From assembly GCF_006345805.1 (NCBI RefSeq), contig NW_021834191.1, positions 1-51,120 of the forward strand: DNA of 51,120 nt, in the 5' to 3' direction. Made by a program: the position numbers and the translations under genes. The notes under the pieces are model-generated. The model did not search any database and had not been told where the DNA came from. It worked only from the letters and a program-made list of their open reading frames with translations. Source of the DNA: Octopus sinensis (taxonomy: Eukaryota). Positions 27,948 through 41,353 of this stretch are shown piece by piece; position 1 is the stretch's first letter, and every line of letters starts with the position of its first letter.

Positions 27948-28199
27948 GAAATGCTACACCAAATATTTTGTTCATATAATTATCAAATATTAGTTTAATA
28001 ACAAACAAAATTCATAAATGGTTTTTTCATTATATTTAATAAATTCATAATTTTTTATTATTGAAAACTGCTCTGAATCAGTAGACTTCTATTTCAGTGT
28101 TGCAAGTCAGGCGCATTTCCTCCTCGGACAGACCTTTCTACCATGTCGTGTTGCGCAGAAAGGGGTCAAATCCCCATCAAAAGCCTGCGAGTGTAGTCC

Positions 28200-28620
28200 T
28201 ATTATATTTTCTATTGTTTCTACTATAAGTTCCAATGAAGGATCACTGCACATAACAACATGCTTGGAAGAGAGAAGAGAATTCAGAATGGAAAGATAGT
28301 TTAGATTTACCATCACATCGACTATATACTATGTAAGTGTGAATTCAAGTTTACGGACTCGCGGTCTTATAAAGGCACTCTCCTACGAGTGATTATAAAG
28401 CTGTCGTCGCTCGATTTAAACTAGGTAGAAGGCAGGGAGTGATCATGGGAATATAAAACAAACACAACTTTGCAGGATTGGCTGTGAAAAGTCTGAACAC
28501 AAATACCATTAAATACAAGAGATTTGCGTTTGTGTTTAAAAATTGAACTTAGGAGACCCAGAAAATCAGTGTCGGCTGCAATAGCTAAATGAATTAGCGT
28601 ATAAATTCTGTTTGCTGCTC
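28200..28620 (+). mobile_element. Decayed RTE AP-endonuclease remnant
   Basis: IYHHIDYILC...DSRSYKGT..SDYKAVVARF across stops and frameshifts. Confidence 0.65.
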
Positions 28621-28978
28621 ATTTTTACTCGTATTCTGTGAAATGCATTTAGTTTTTCAAAAATTGTTTCATTTAAAATTTAAGTTCCTGAGTTTTATAG
28701 CAAAATAGGCAAAATAATTGCATTGTATAAAGGCATTTTGATGTGTTTAAATCTGTGGTATCTTAGTATTTAGACTTTGATTTTCTGAATTCAAGTATCA
28801 GATCTCGGTTACAATCATGCGCGGCAACGCACAAACTATCCGTTTGGCCTGGATCTAACCGTTCTCTGGCAATGCTTACAGATCGAGTTCATATTTCCTC
28901 CCAGACTTTTTTTATTTTCGTTAATTTGCACTAAAAAATTGGATCTGCATACTAAATCTTTTTGAGAGACCAATAATA

Positions 28979-30460
28979 CAGTCCCGTCCAAATGTTAGAG
29001 GCACCCTATTTTTTCCCTAAAAAAGGCACTTATTTGTCATTTTTCGAAAGATTTTAAAGAATAAATTAAGTTTTTAAAGGAAATTAAACATTTCCAAAGT
29101 TTTTATAAATATTTAACCGATAATATTCTCAAACTTGAAAACAAAAAATAATTGGTCGCTCATATGTTAAAGGCACTTATGTAAAAAGCAATAATTCTAT
29201 AATTTATTATTATTAATTCTAATAAAAAATTCAAATGCCTCGTGTATCAGCTTATAACAGGTTTCTCGTCATCGAAAAATTAAAATGTGGCGAATCTCAG
29301 GTGAAAATATCCAAAGATTTGGGAATCTCTCGTTGTGCCATTCAAAAAATTAAAAAGCGATTTTTACACGGATATTTATATAAAGATATGCCAAAAAAGG
29401 GAAGGAACAAAAAATTAACCAAAAATGATGAACGCTATGCTATCAGAATGTCAAAATTACACCCAAAAATGACCGCCAACGATCTTCTTATATGCTGTAA
29501 CTTTTCCGGAAAAGTCAGTCTTTCGACAATTAAACGAATTTTGAGACGCAGCAATTTATTCGGACGCATTGCAGTGAAAAAACCAAAATTGACTGCATCT
29601 CAGGTTGATAAAAGATATACATGGTGTCTTACTAAAATTCCGTGGAATCAAGACGACTGGAATTTAGTGATATTTTCTTATGAATGCCGGATTCAGTTAA
29701 ATCAGATGTCTAGGCAATACATAAGAAGACCCCCTGGATCAAAATTACAGAAAGAATATTCAATTGAAACTGTGAAATTTCCCTTTATCAATTACGAGAT
29801 GGGGAGCAATTAAAAGCAATGGGCAAAGATCAATTGTCCTTTGCCGAAAAACAGTCAACTCCGCCGAATATCAACGCGTTATAAAAGAAGGATTTGAAAA
29901 TTTTTATGAAGAAAATTATTTTCTTCAACAAGATGGAGCAACATGTCATACATCAAAATCCACTAGAGCGTTTATGGCCGAAAACAACATAAAACTCATG
30001 GAAAAATGGCCAAGTCAATCTCCTGACCTAAATATAATTGAAAATCTATGGGCAATTTTAAAAAAAGAAGTTAAAAAATGTGGAGCATCAACGATTCAAG
30101 AATTATGGAATGAAACAAAGAAGGCCTGGGAAAACATTGATACAGGTGTGGTTATTAAGCTTTTTGAGTCAATTCCAAGAAGAATATCTTTGGTAGTCAT
30201 AAATAATGGAGGAATGACTAAATATTAAATTTTTGGATAATTTTGTCTTTCGTTATTGAAATGTGCTTCTAACATATGAACGATGTATTATTTTGAGTTT
30301 CTTAGTAAATACACATTATAAACTAAATGTGTTCAAAAATTTCAGGTTAAGATTTTTTATTCAGTAGTTTGTTATTAACAAAAAACTTTTTTCAAAAAAT
30401 GACAAATAAGTGCCTTTTTTAGAGAAAAAATAGGGTGCCTCTAACATTTGGACGGGACTG
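28979..30460 (+). mobile_element. Full-length Tc1/mariner element (1482 bp), inactivated
   Basis: About 65-bp TIRs CAGTCCCGTCCAAATGTTAGAGGCACCC; TA TSDs. Transposase 29235-30228 has one frameshift near 29783 and first catalytic Asp changed to Tyr (FSYEC). Confidence 0.95.
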
Positions 30461-30672
30461 TAATTGCCAGTTTTATAATAACCAGGGTTTCTTAGATGAT
30501 CGTCAACTCGGTTTTAATAGTTTTCTTGGAAAATAACATTTATTTTTGCCAGAACGGACGTTTTATATCGATCTTTTAGAAAGACTTTTTGAATTGGGTT
30601 AAAAATCAGATACAAGGTCATTTTTTATTAAAGTATTAATGTTAAGAGATTAAAATATAAGTGAAATTAAAG

Positions 30673-33050
30673 TTATTCAGAGTTAGAGTGATATACTTCA
30701 TTGAATGACTTCAAATAAAGTTTTATAACTTGAGCGCGTTTAATCTTCATTGTTGGAGTTAATAGTTCATTGGCAGTAGTGAATTCGTTATAATCCAAGA
30801 CAAGTCCTTTCACTTGTTCAAATCCAAATAATTTGGCCTCTTTTCCCAGAGCATTTAATTCTTCAATTAAACGGTTTATTACGTCCTAATTTTACCAATT
30901 TACATTAAAAACCCGGTTTTTTAATAAAGTTGACATTTCGAAAGAAATGGACATTTTTTTTGCAAATTTAACAAGCTGGTCTTGCATTACGATTATCAAA
31001 GCAATCGGATAATCCTTTAGACTGTCCCCGTAAATCATAATTTGGTGGACTAGCGGATGTCTAGCGTAGATTGGTTCGATTTTTTCTGGAGTTATATATT
31101 CGCCCTAAATAATGTTGGAATTAAACAACCTGACTAAGTTTGAATATGTTCTTACTCCTATCTATGATTGTATAAGTACCATTCTGAACAAAATACAAAT
31201 TGTATCTACCTTGTTTAATCTTGCAATATCTCCGGATTTGAAAAATCCGTCCTCATCAAATGCTTCCTTATTAATTTCAGGTCTCTTATAATACCCACTA
31301 GTTACATTTGGTCCTCTAATTAAAAGCTAAAATAATAGTAATTTTAATTTCTGTACCTCTCCTGTCCCATCCGAACTGAAATATTCATAATCAGGGCAGT
31401 CCACCAATTTTATCTCAACCCCAGGCATAGGAGCTCCACATTCACCTAACCAAGTTAACACGAAAATGTAGGACCAATTCCGCCGTTTCCCACATTTTGG
31501 AGCAAAGCAGCCGCCGTGGTTTCTGTGAGTCCATATCCCTGAATCAACTAGAATAGAGATGCGATAAAGACCTGGACGCCAAAAACAACGCGGGAAAATA
31601 TCTCCAAGTCTCTAGACATTGGAGCACCCCCGACGACTATATATTCCAATCTCCCGCCAAATTTAGCTTGGATTGAGTGAAAAATTTTATTATAAAACCT
31701 AGAAGGTTTTAGTTCATTTGTACTGCAAAATAAATTGTGATTTTTTACCGCAAAAGCTGTTCTCGGCGACGGTTGAATGCCCAATTAAATATACTCCGAA
31801 CTAAAAAGTTGGAATTCTCAATTTTGTTTAAAATCTTTTCCCTAAATCTATCCAGGACACGCGGGACAGCAATGATCAACTTGGGCTGGACAGCTTGCAG
31901 GTCCGATAACATAAGTTTCAAATCTCCTTGGGAAATGCCAATCCGAACCCCAAGAGTTGTCATAATAAACTAAAAGTAACAAACCAACTAAACCAGGACC
32001 AAATTTTCAAAGGAGTGTTGATAGGGTAGATACGAGTAATACACCAAACTCTTCAAGTCCATAGGATTATCCTCATATCCCTAATTGTAAGGCAAATTCA
32101 AGCACAAACCAAAATTTTGATCACAGCCATTACATTAAAAACTATTTGACGATGACATAGTTTGACGCCTTTCGGAACTCCTAAAATATTCAAATGAATA
32201 ACAAAACCAGTGCTGCCACTGGTGTAGAGAATATAAACTAAATCATCTAAATCGGGCTCATCGAATGAGGTGGTCTCGGAGTGACAATCCCCACCAAGTT
32301 CCTTCATTTTGGTCAATATATTAATTTTACCATTAATTCAGAAATCGTGAGAATCTTCACAGAGCCTGCCATCGTTTTTAGTTCCGTGGAAACTGACACG
32401 GAAGTAAAAATATGAGAAAAGTTAAATTTGGAGAATTCTAAAAGAGTTTTAATTCGTTCCTCAGTATCACAAAACGCCACAATAGGAGAGGCTGATTTTG
32501 AAAGAGTAAAGTAAACCCTCGTTGATGATATGTTCGATCGAGGTTGGTCCGAGAGAGTCGTATAGAGGGACGATTACATTTCGACGTTTGAATGCAGCAA
32601 AAGTGATCAAAAATGTCTGGATATTAACCAACAAGTACATCTTTTGACATTTTGCTGTATGTCGCCACGAAAGCGTCAGTTCCATGCTTGACCCCCAATC
32701 GAGTCAAACCAAAAGCACATTTATTGACAAATTCGTCAAACTAAAAAATTGGAAATATTTTAGGAACTTTCCCATATGACAGCCAACTATAAGAATCGTT
32801 TGGAGAAAGTCGATAACCGAGATAATCCCCTTCGTTCCCAGCCCTTTTACGACCAATTTCAAACAATTCCAAAATATTTTTTATTTTCAAATCTTTTGGA
32901 TTTTTTAAGTCGATGAACTCAGCCAAGTCTGCGTTAATAGAATAATTATCAGTGACATAATCACAACGCACTCTTGCACCATATTTCTAAATTTTATAGC
33001 ACTGAGGATCAAAAAGTTACGTTTTCTTTTGTAAACATTCTTTGATTCAT
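30673..33050 (-). CDS. ACSL: Long-chain acyl-CoA synthetase, copy 2
   Basis: Constant offset of 29597 from copy 1; identical ORF-track translations. Confidence 0.93.
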
Positions 33051-34058
33051 TATAACTTATCTTTGAGATTTAATAAATATCTACTATTTACTAGACTAGA
33101 AAAAACAACAATATTTCAAATCTACTAATATGGGAAATTTAGTATCTATTTGAATTTAGTTTTTAAAAGAATATTAAAATATTATATAAATAATAAATAT
33201 TAACAAATTATTTAATTGAATAAATATACTAAAAAATATGAGGAGATTTTATTAATTCTTGCGGAACGTGATATTTATTTCGACTGAGCTCTGTGAAACA
33301 TTACCTGAGGGTCTACCTACGAATCAATTGAAAAGAAAAGCCAGTGAGACCGTAGATGAAGCGGCCCAAGAACTGCCCACTGCCAAAGAATTTGTCTTAT
33401 CTCACAACCCTTCTCTTCAAGTAGGCCACGAAAGTCTGCTTACCTTGCAAGCAGTAATCGATCAAGTCAACGAGCATATGACGCAGTGACCCACCGCGTC
33501 AGTAAAAAAAGTGAATTGATCGTAATTATGAACGCAAAGTTTAACAAACTTAAGAAGGAACTCAAACTGGTAACACCACCAACTAATAATTACAAAACGA
33601 GTAAATAACTGGTTCTCAACCTTTTTTACTCCCTAATATTTAATCGACCCCCTTAAAAATTTTATATACAATAGACAATATTAAGTAATATTTTTATATA
33701 CAACAGACAATACTAAGCAGACAATACTAAATAAAATTAGTTAATCCTTTAATTCTTCAAAGCATATCGTTGAGCAAGACAGAAGGAAGATAATCCTCAT
33801 TATAGTGTCACTATAAAGAACAAGATGCATTACTCAGCTCTCCTGCATCAAAATGGTCGAGTATACATACAATTTTTTGGTGTTAATCCTATTTAGTTTG
33901 CTATTAATCCAATATTGTTTGGTATTAATCCCACTTAGTTTTTTTGTTAATTCCACTTAGTTTTCTATTTTTGGTGTTAATTCCATGTCGTATGGGAATG
34001 GTATAAATTCAACAATAAATATGTACATCCTGTACAATTAATATATTGAGAAGCATCT

Positions 34059-34822
34059 ACGCGTATTGAAAATTTGACAAAAACTGATTTAAACTCAGTT
34101 AACCTGTTTAAAGGGATAAATGAATATGCACTCTCACTTTATAACTATTAAATTGGATTGATTGATGTGGAGCCTGGAGAATTTCAGCAGATTGATAAGA
34201 ATATTCGCCGAATTCTTATGGACAGACGTATACATTTCCAACACGCAAACAAAGAAAGATTGTATCTACCAAGAAATAAATTTGGAAGAGGCCTGGAGTC
34301 TGTCAGTAATAAAGCTGAACGGATGCTTCTCCAATTTTATAATGACTTAGAACATAAGGCAAATTACTGCCTGAGAAGAGCAGGAATTCTACGGGTCATT
34401 AATTCAAAGAAAACACACATGGCCACTATCGTAGAATTCATTTCCAGAAAGTACATTTTTTAACATTCTCGAGAATTGTCTCCAACACTTTTTGTTTTTG
34501 TACACTGCTTCCCCGGTCTTCAAGCACTCCTAGGTATCGATAGCCTTCGATTCCATCCAGAGTTCTGCAGCTCTCCAATGATTCTAGATTAGTCGCAGAC
34601 TTCTGAGAGTTCATTTCAAACAATAATATCCATCATTTTAATGACAGTTTCTTCTTTCTGTGCAAGAATCTTTAGGTCGTCAACAAAAAATAGGTGGTTC
34701 GTAGAGTATGCCAGCATTTTCGTTTTTCCAGTTAGCTTCTTTTTAGTTCCCCATAGAGACATAAGCTTTCTAAAGGCTCCATTTGAAAGGATTTTCCTTC
34801 GGGTAACATCCTCTGTGTCTCC
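34059..34822. mobile_element. Shortened R4-like LINE remnant (same inversion as copy 1) joined to a short RTE fragment
   Basis: Homologous to 4634-5311 up to 34713; 34714-34822 minus strand encodes GDTEDVTRRKILSNGAFRKL. Confidence 0.8.
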
Positions 34823-34989
34823 AAACAGTTAGTGCATTTTTATAATTTCAAAATTTTTTTGATAACATATTTTGAATGCATAATAAATTTTTTATTCTTA
34901 CGACGTTTATAATAAAATTTATTTAAATATTTATTATTAATAGATTTAAATTACACTAGTGTTGCTGGCGGACTCGTGTGTTATTAAAT

Positions 34990-35848
34990 ATGCGCAACAT
35001 AAATAATTCAAAAAGAAGAGTTAACTCCTTAGAACCATCTAGAAATAAGGTAAATAAAATAAAAAATAAATTTCAAAAACTTTTTAGAGTACTATTAAAA
35101 GGACGGTATCCTTAGAATCTTTCAATTCGAATTTTTCTTCCTACAATATTACTGTAGTATATTAAGACCAATTTAGAGTCAAAAATTTTGTCAATTCATA
35201 GAATATCAACAATATATTCGCTCGTTGTATAATTTTGGAAAAATCACATGTTCAGAGAAAAGAAAATTCGAAAATTTAAGAGTTACAAATAATTATAAAA
35301 TAACTCAGAATGAAGCTTCTAACAAAATCAAAGAACTAGAAATATTGCGTAAACAATACTTAGAGTTGAAGGGTCAATTGGACGAAATGATTATACAAAA
35401 TCATATCCAGCAAAACTATGAGATATATGGAGTAAAACACTAAATTCATAAATATTATTTAAATAGAGAATAAGTTTATTGGAAAGAGATTTTGGTCCAG
35501 AGTTGGAGAATAATATTTTTTGGCGAAAAATAATCAACTTTTTGCCAGAATTTACAATTTCCTTAAATGATTGGTCTGAGTTTGATTTGAAACAATTAAA
35601 AACGAATTTATTGAAATTTCTTTCAAATTCGGAACAAATACAATCATTGGAAATATCAAGTATTAAATTTGTTGAGGAAATGAAATTGAACCCGACACTT
35701 TCAGAAATGGAGAATATAATTAAATTATCAAAAGAAAGGTATTTTTGTTGATTTTTTTAGACTTGAAATCGTTAAAGCTAAACTAGAAGAAATAGAAATA
35801 AAGGAGAAATTTAAAAGTAATTGTGAGATTGATTTGTCAAAATATTAA
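34990..35848 (+). CDS. Hypothetical coiled-coil protein (about 245 aa), 4 tiny GT-AG introns; no family recognised
   Basis: ATG at 34990; introns after RNK, NIT, IYG and KER splice into one open frame ending IDLSKY-TAA at 35848. Confidence 0.7.
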
Positions 35849-36192
35849 AAATTGATATTAGTAATAAGTACTCCATCGCTAAAATTTTGATATTTTATTA
35901 TTATGGCACTTTTGCGGAACTATGTGCAACCTCCAAATACGCAAAAAAACAATTATAAAGTTTTTTTTTATATCTTCTTCTGTTGAATGCGAGTGATCTC
36001 AACTCGTCCCCCCGTATTTATTTTTTTCCTCGCTCGATTTAAGCCTTTTTTAAGACAATCGGAAGTGTCTATCTAGATCGTCTGCGGAAGGGTTTGTCGG
36101 AACTGTCAAAATAATCTTCCATTTCTTTTTTTAGAGGTACATATCCCAAATAGCATTTATCAGGCATCTACTACATTCCCACTGATGTATAA

Positions 36193-36250
36193 TGTCACAG
36201 TCGGATAAATGGACACGCGAATAAATGAACACTTTCAAAATTTCATTTTT
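36193..36250 (+). mobile_element. Solo Ginger2-like left terminus
   Basis: TGTCACAGTCGGATAAATGGACACGCG resembles the TIR at 6638; no partner end found. Confidence 0.5.
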
Positions 36251-36962
36251 GAGCAGTATTCCATACAAAATACGCGTTAATTTTTTATAAGTCTCACTTT
36301 AAGCACATTTTTAATAATTTTGGTACCTGCTGAAAAAAGCAGGATCTCAGAAAAACCAACATACCATTAACATCAGCGGTCTTTATTGATTATCGAGAAG
36401 TCTATTTGATTTTTAATTAACCATTGAAAAATAATTATTTAAAATTGTAAAAAATCGGTCAAAATTGAGATAATAAATAAAATTTAGATTAGAAAATAGA
36501 AAAAATTCTAGATTCAATATAAAAGCTTCGCCTGCTTCCAACATTAATCCCTAACTCTATGCGGGATTTGCCCACCCCTATTCCTAACCAAATCTTAAAC
36601 AACTAATTCTAACCCTATGCGGGCTTCAAAATCTTCTGTGAAAAATCGCAATTTGGTTGAATTCTTAATAAAGAATACATTTTCATTTTCAAAGCATATG
36701 TTTTTCGCAACTTGTAGATCTCTTCTCACGTGGAACTGACTGCAATTTAGGGCAGTGAAATGTCATGAAATTTTGAAATCTCAAGTACAAAATTTACGGG
36801 AAATATGATGAAATTTCCAAATCTGACACACAAAAATTGCAGAAAAAATTATACCACTTAAAAATCTCAAGTAACTCATTCGCGAGAAGTATTCTGGATT
36901 TAAAAAGCTTAAGTAACAAAATGGCCGAAATAGTATGCCACTTCAAAATCTAATTTACTTCA

Positions 36963-38096
36963 ATGACGCGCGCGCGCTGTTGTGGTGTGAAGAAGAAAAA
37001 AGAAGGGAAAAAAAGAAAGGAAAAATCTGAAAAGAACATGCAAGAAACTGCAAAAGAAGATGAGATCTGCAAAAAATGCAACACGATGAACAAAAGAAAG
37101 AGGATGATCCACTGCACGGCCTGCTCGTGTGGCTTCCACATGTCCTGTGCCGGAATGACTAAAAGAGCCCTGGCGCTCATTTCTGATTGGCATTGTCGGG
37201 CATGTCTCCAACCAGATAATGCGACAAACTATCCCACACGCTACCCTTCCAAACATGCCCCACTAGACCATCAGGAAATACTTGAATTGATATCAAGCCT
37301 GACACATTCACGAAGACTCCTGATCCGGATTCCCAAAGCTGCCCGTATATCTGTCGCGGACTGTTTATCTGAGTGTATCGAAAAGGCAGTTTTTTCGGAC
37401 GACTCTGAAGATTGGTTACGACTATTCTGCTTCGCCCCATTTACACTATGCATACCCCATAGGAGGGGGAAAGAAGAGAAATCACTTACGTCATTAGTAA
37501 AGGAGAACGTCCGCACATTCGTCTCAAGGAACCTATTCGCAGACTTAGAGAAGCCTACCTACAAACCCCAAAATGAGAAGCCTATCTCTGACACCCAGAG
37601 ACTAAGAAGTGCGATCCGTCGAAAACTTTTGGAAGGTGGAATTCGTGCTGCTGTGAGGACTCTGGCAGACCAACACCGTATAATTGAGCCGTCTGAACAG
37701 TCCTACGCATCACTTGTTGAACGCCACCCAAGTCCCCCAGATGACCATTGGATTCCTCCTTTCCCAGGACAATTACCCAATCTACTTGTCTCCGAAGAAG
37801 ACGTAAAAAATGGGATTCTCTCCTTTGTACCGAGCAGCAGTGGTGGACTAGATGGGCTCCGTCCGGGCCACCTCAAAGATCTTATTGGTCGCAACACGGG
37901 AAACTCTGGGGTCCGGCTCGTGCTGGCTATCACCAAACTAATGAACAGGATGCTATCAGGGACACTACCAGAAACAATTCGACATATCGAAAAGGCAGTT
38001 TTTTCGTACGACTCTGAAGATTGGTTACGACTATTCTGCTTCGCCCCATTTACACTATGCATACCCCATAGGAGGGGGAAAGAAGAGAAATCACTT
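36963..38096 (+). mobile_element. CRE-clade non-LTR retrotransposon 5' portion with a PHD finger; truncated at the start of RT
   Basis: C4HC3 pattern CKKC..CTACSCGFHMSC..WHCRAC; RIPKAAR; SSGGLDGLRPGHLKDL. Confidence 0.85.
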
Positions 38097-38547
38097 GAGA
38101 TTATAGAAAGCAAAACAGTGCGTTTGTTGCTTTCTTTTTTCGAATTTTTGCATTTTCAGTGTATTTACCATTTTCTTCAATTTGCAATCTCAGGTATTTT
38201 ATTGAATGTTGTCGTGGTATGTTAGTAATCAGATGTCACAGTCCGTTTATAAAACCAGCCCATTTTGTTACCTATCGATTTTATCGATTAATCTGTATTA
38301 TTAGGGCCCAACAATCATACTTTATTTATTATTTGATGAGTGGTTTCATTTTTTGATATTTTTCGAAAGTCTGTTCGGTAACAAAACCAACCGCACTAGA
38401 CAACTATAAATAACGTAGTAGCAACGTAACAATTTATTATATATAAAGGCTTTTAATTATATTTAGTGCTTATAAAATGTGTATTTTAATAAATAGAAAA
38501 TAATTAAAACAACCCCTAACTCTAATTCCAACGTATACCTGACTCCT

Positions 38548-38706
38548 CAGGCTAAGGCTAAGGAGTGGTGAGGATCTGGACGAGCTGAGGAAACTCGCTC
38601 ACGACAGAGGAGGTTGGAGGAGGCTGGTTCAAAGGATTGTTTTTAATGCTGCACGAGTAAAATTATAACTAATATGATTCTACGTATGTTGCAAATAATA
38701 ATAATA
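38548..38706 (+). mobile_element. 5'-truncated RTE retrocopy
   Basis: LRSGEDLDELRKLAHDRGGWR; (AAT)n tail; 13-bp TSD ATACCTGACTCCT (38535-38547 / 38707-38719). Confidence 0.8.
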
Positions 38707-38719
38707 ATACCTGACTCCT

Positions 38720-38829
38720 AGCCCAGGACTTAGTTTCCACCCTAAACTGACTTTTATCTCTAAACCTAATCTAAACCCTAGTCCTAATCTAAACCCTAAT
38801 CTAAACCCTAGTCCTAATCTAACCCTAAA
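38720..38829 (-). repeat. Degenerate telomere-like (TTAGGG variant) tract
   Basis: CTAAACCCTAGTCCTAATCTAAACCCTAAT... ending AACCCTAA at the integrase breakpoint. Confidence 0.7.
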
Positions 38830-39875
38830 TTCTTTTCCGTTATCAGTATGCAGGATGATAGGTGGTCCAACAAAATAAATAATCCGTTGTAAGCTAGAAG
38901 CAACCTCATTGGCAGATTTCGTTTTTATAACCTCAACCATGGCATATTTTGAAAAAGAATCTATCACATGTAATACCTATCGACTTATTAATATTATAAA
39001 TACCCATGAATATGAGTCGTTCAACGATGAATAACGTCGTAAATCGACTAAGTCTGCAATATATCGGTCACGTGGTCTGATCGCAATGATGGGTTTGATC
39101 TCTGGTTTGGTGTTCACTAATCGTTTTGACTAATTTTAAATAAAGAAACATACTTGACAAAGGGTACATCTACCGATAGTCTCTGCAATCTCTATCCTTC
39201 TCAAATTATAATACTTGCATCTTAGCTTGCTATACAGCCTGTCCCTCCCAAAATGATTTTTATTGTGCTCGGCCTAATGAAATAACACTTTCAATAAACC
39301 TCAATGCATTTCATTTTTAGCTCATGGTCCTCCACACAAAAGAAACGCTTGAGAACATCATCAACGAGAATGTAAGTAATTTCATCCTTAAAGACAATTG
39401 ATCTGGCTATTCTCTTAAGCCGCATTCGCTGGAACTTGCTCTTGTTACCGAAGACACTCAAATCCTCTTCATTGGACTTGAATTCTTTGATAATTTCCAA
39501 TTCTTCCCTAGAAAGTGTCACCTGACGCATTAAATCACGCTGCTTTAAATTTAATTATTTTACCAGTTTTAATAAAAATTTATACATAAATAAACGACTT
39601 TTTCCTTAAAATTATTTTTTTTCTTATTTTTTTTGTAATATTTGCTACAAGGTAACAAAATGGGCGGATTTCAGAATAGGACTGTGACATCAGACATGGT
39701 GAATTTTTAAGATTTCTACTTTCTGTGATTCTCAACAGGGCAGACTTCTTACGTGCGACAGCCAGCATGTTACTTCTGCACCAATGTTCGACCTCTTCCA
39801 TATATGACAGCATTCGTTGTTCAGATAAGGCAGGTTTCGGTGAAACATCGAGGATGACCACATCATCAGCATATA

Positions 39876-41353
39876 CACTAGGTGCAAAAAAAAACCGTTT
39901 TTTTGAAATATCAAAAATTTACTATGCAACTATATTGTTTTTATTAAAGAATTGAATAATTTATCATTTTTTAACACCAGTTTTATTTTTATATTTGAAC
40001 TTGTAATCATTTTTACTTAACAAATTTTTTTTTTTTTATATTTTGAAATTATAACAAATTATAACTAACAAAAAATCAAACGCAATAAAAAACCGTTTTA
40101 TTTTTGATTATTTAAAGTTAGTATTCAATATGGTCCCCTTTTGCCTTAAAAAGCTTTTGTGCTTTATTTGGCATGCTTTCGATTAATTTTTTAATAAAAC
40201 TAATCGGTATTTCGTTCCAAATATTTTCGATTTTTTCTTTCAATTCCGAAACATTCTTTGGATGAAAGGTGTTTAATTCCCTCTTCATATGAGCCCATAT
40301 ATGTTCGATCGGATTTAAATCCGATGATTGAGGTGCCCATGGTAAAAGGTTTACTTTCTTTTCTTGAAAAAATCGCATAGTCATCTTGGAAGTATGACAT
40401 GGTGCCATGTCTTGTTGGAAAATAAAGTCACTAAGCTCCATTTTTTTTGCAGATTCCCATAAATGGTTACATAGTGTGTTGATATAAAGTGCGGAATTCA
40501 TATTCCCGTGTATAAAAGCAAGCGAGCCCATTCCGTAATAGGAAAAACAGCCCCAGACCATAACTTTCCCTCCACCAAATTTTACAGTAGGCGAAAGGTT
40601 GCTTTTTTGAAGGCCTGTATTGTTTTTCCGATAACAATATTGCCGTTTTTTAATATTAAAAACTTCAAAACTGCATTCGTCACTGAAAATTGTCCTCATC
40701 CATTCAGTGTTTGGCACAGTAATGAAATGCTTTGCCATGTTATAGCGTTTTTCACTATTTATTTTGTTCAATAATGGTTTTTTTCTACATACACGAGCAT
40801 ATATTTGCTCCCTTCTTAAATAATTTGCGATGGATCTTTTACCGACTGTTCCTCCGGTTATTTTACGGAGATCATTCCTTAAGCAATCAGCTTTTTTTGG
40901 GGGGTCCTCTTTAACCAGGTTGAGTAAAATAAGGATATCGTCCTTATTAAGAATTTTTGGTCTCCCCGAACCTTTCATTCTTTCAGTCGTACCATATTTA
41001 ATGAATTTTCGGATGAAGTCAGCGATAGTTGATCGCGGGATATTAAGCTCGTCAGATATTTTTTTAGTGGTCCAATTTAACGCATTCAAGCTTAGAATCA
41101 AGCATTCGTAATTTTATCGAGGGTTAAAATTCTAAAAAAAGTAAAAAATGTCACACTCACCAGAATAAACGGTTTTTTATTGCGCTCGTGTAATTAAAAC
41201 TTTTAATTTAGACATATAACACAATACAAAAAAAATATAACAAAATTGATTTAGGGTTAATTTAATGATCCCTTTTGATATCGACAAAGAAAAATCACGG
41301 TTATCTTTGCAAAATATGCCGTATTTAAAAAACGGTTTTTTTTGCACCTAGTG
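39876..41353 (-). mobile_element. Tc1/mariner element with a near-intact transposase (40118-41101)
   Basis: TIRs CACTAGGTGCAAAAAAAAACCG; TA TSD; intact DD34E (FSDEC, QQDMAPCH, DLNPIEHIW); no in-frame ATG at the expected N-terminus. Confidence 0.95.

Larger units (their letters stand above)
38234..39689 (-). mobile_element. Ginger2/TDD-like integrase DNA transposon with an intron-containing integrase gene (39530 to about 38828), 3'-truncated
   Basis: 40-bp imperfect TIRs TGTCACAGTCC...; 5-bp TSD TCAGA. Spliced protein has HHCC (EHNKNH..CTLC), ADLVDL, VIDSFSKY, LHTDNGKEF; introns 39274-39299, 39130-39153, 38977-39003. Confidence 0.88.

Noticed and set aside
28107-28316. Minus-strand 69-aa ORF as a host gene upstream of COG3
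   Set aside because: The opposite strand encodes decayed RTE endonuclease motifs, so the ORF is probably an antisense shadow.
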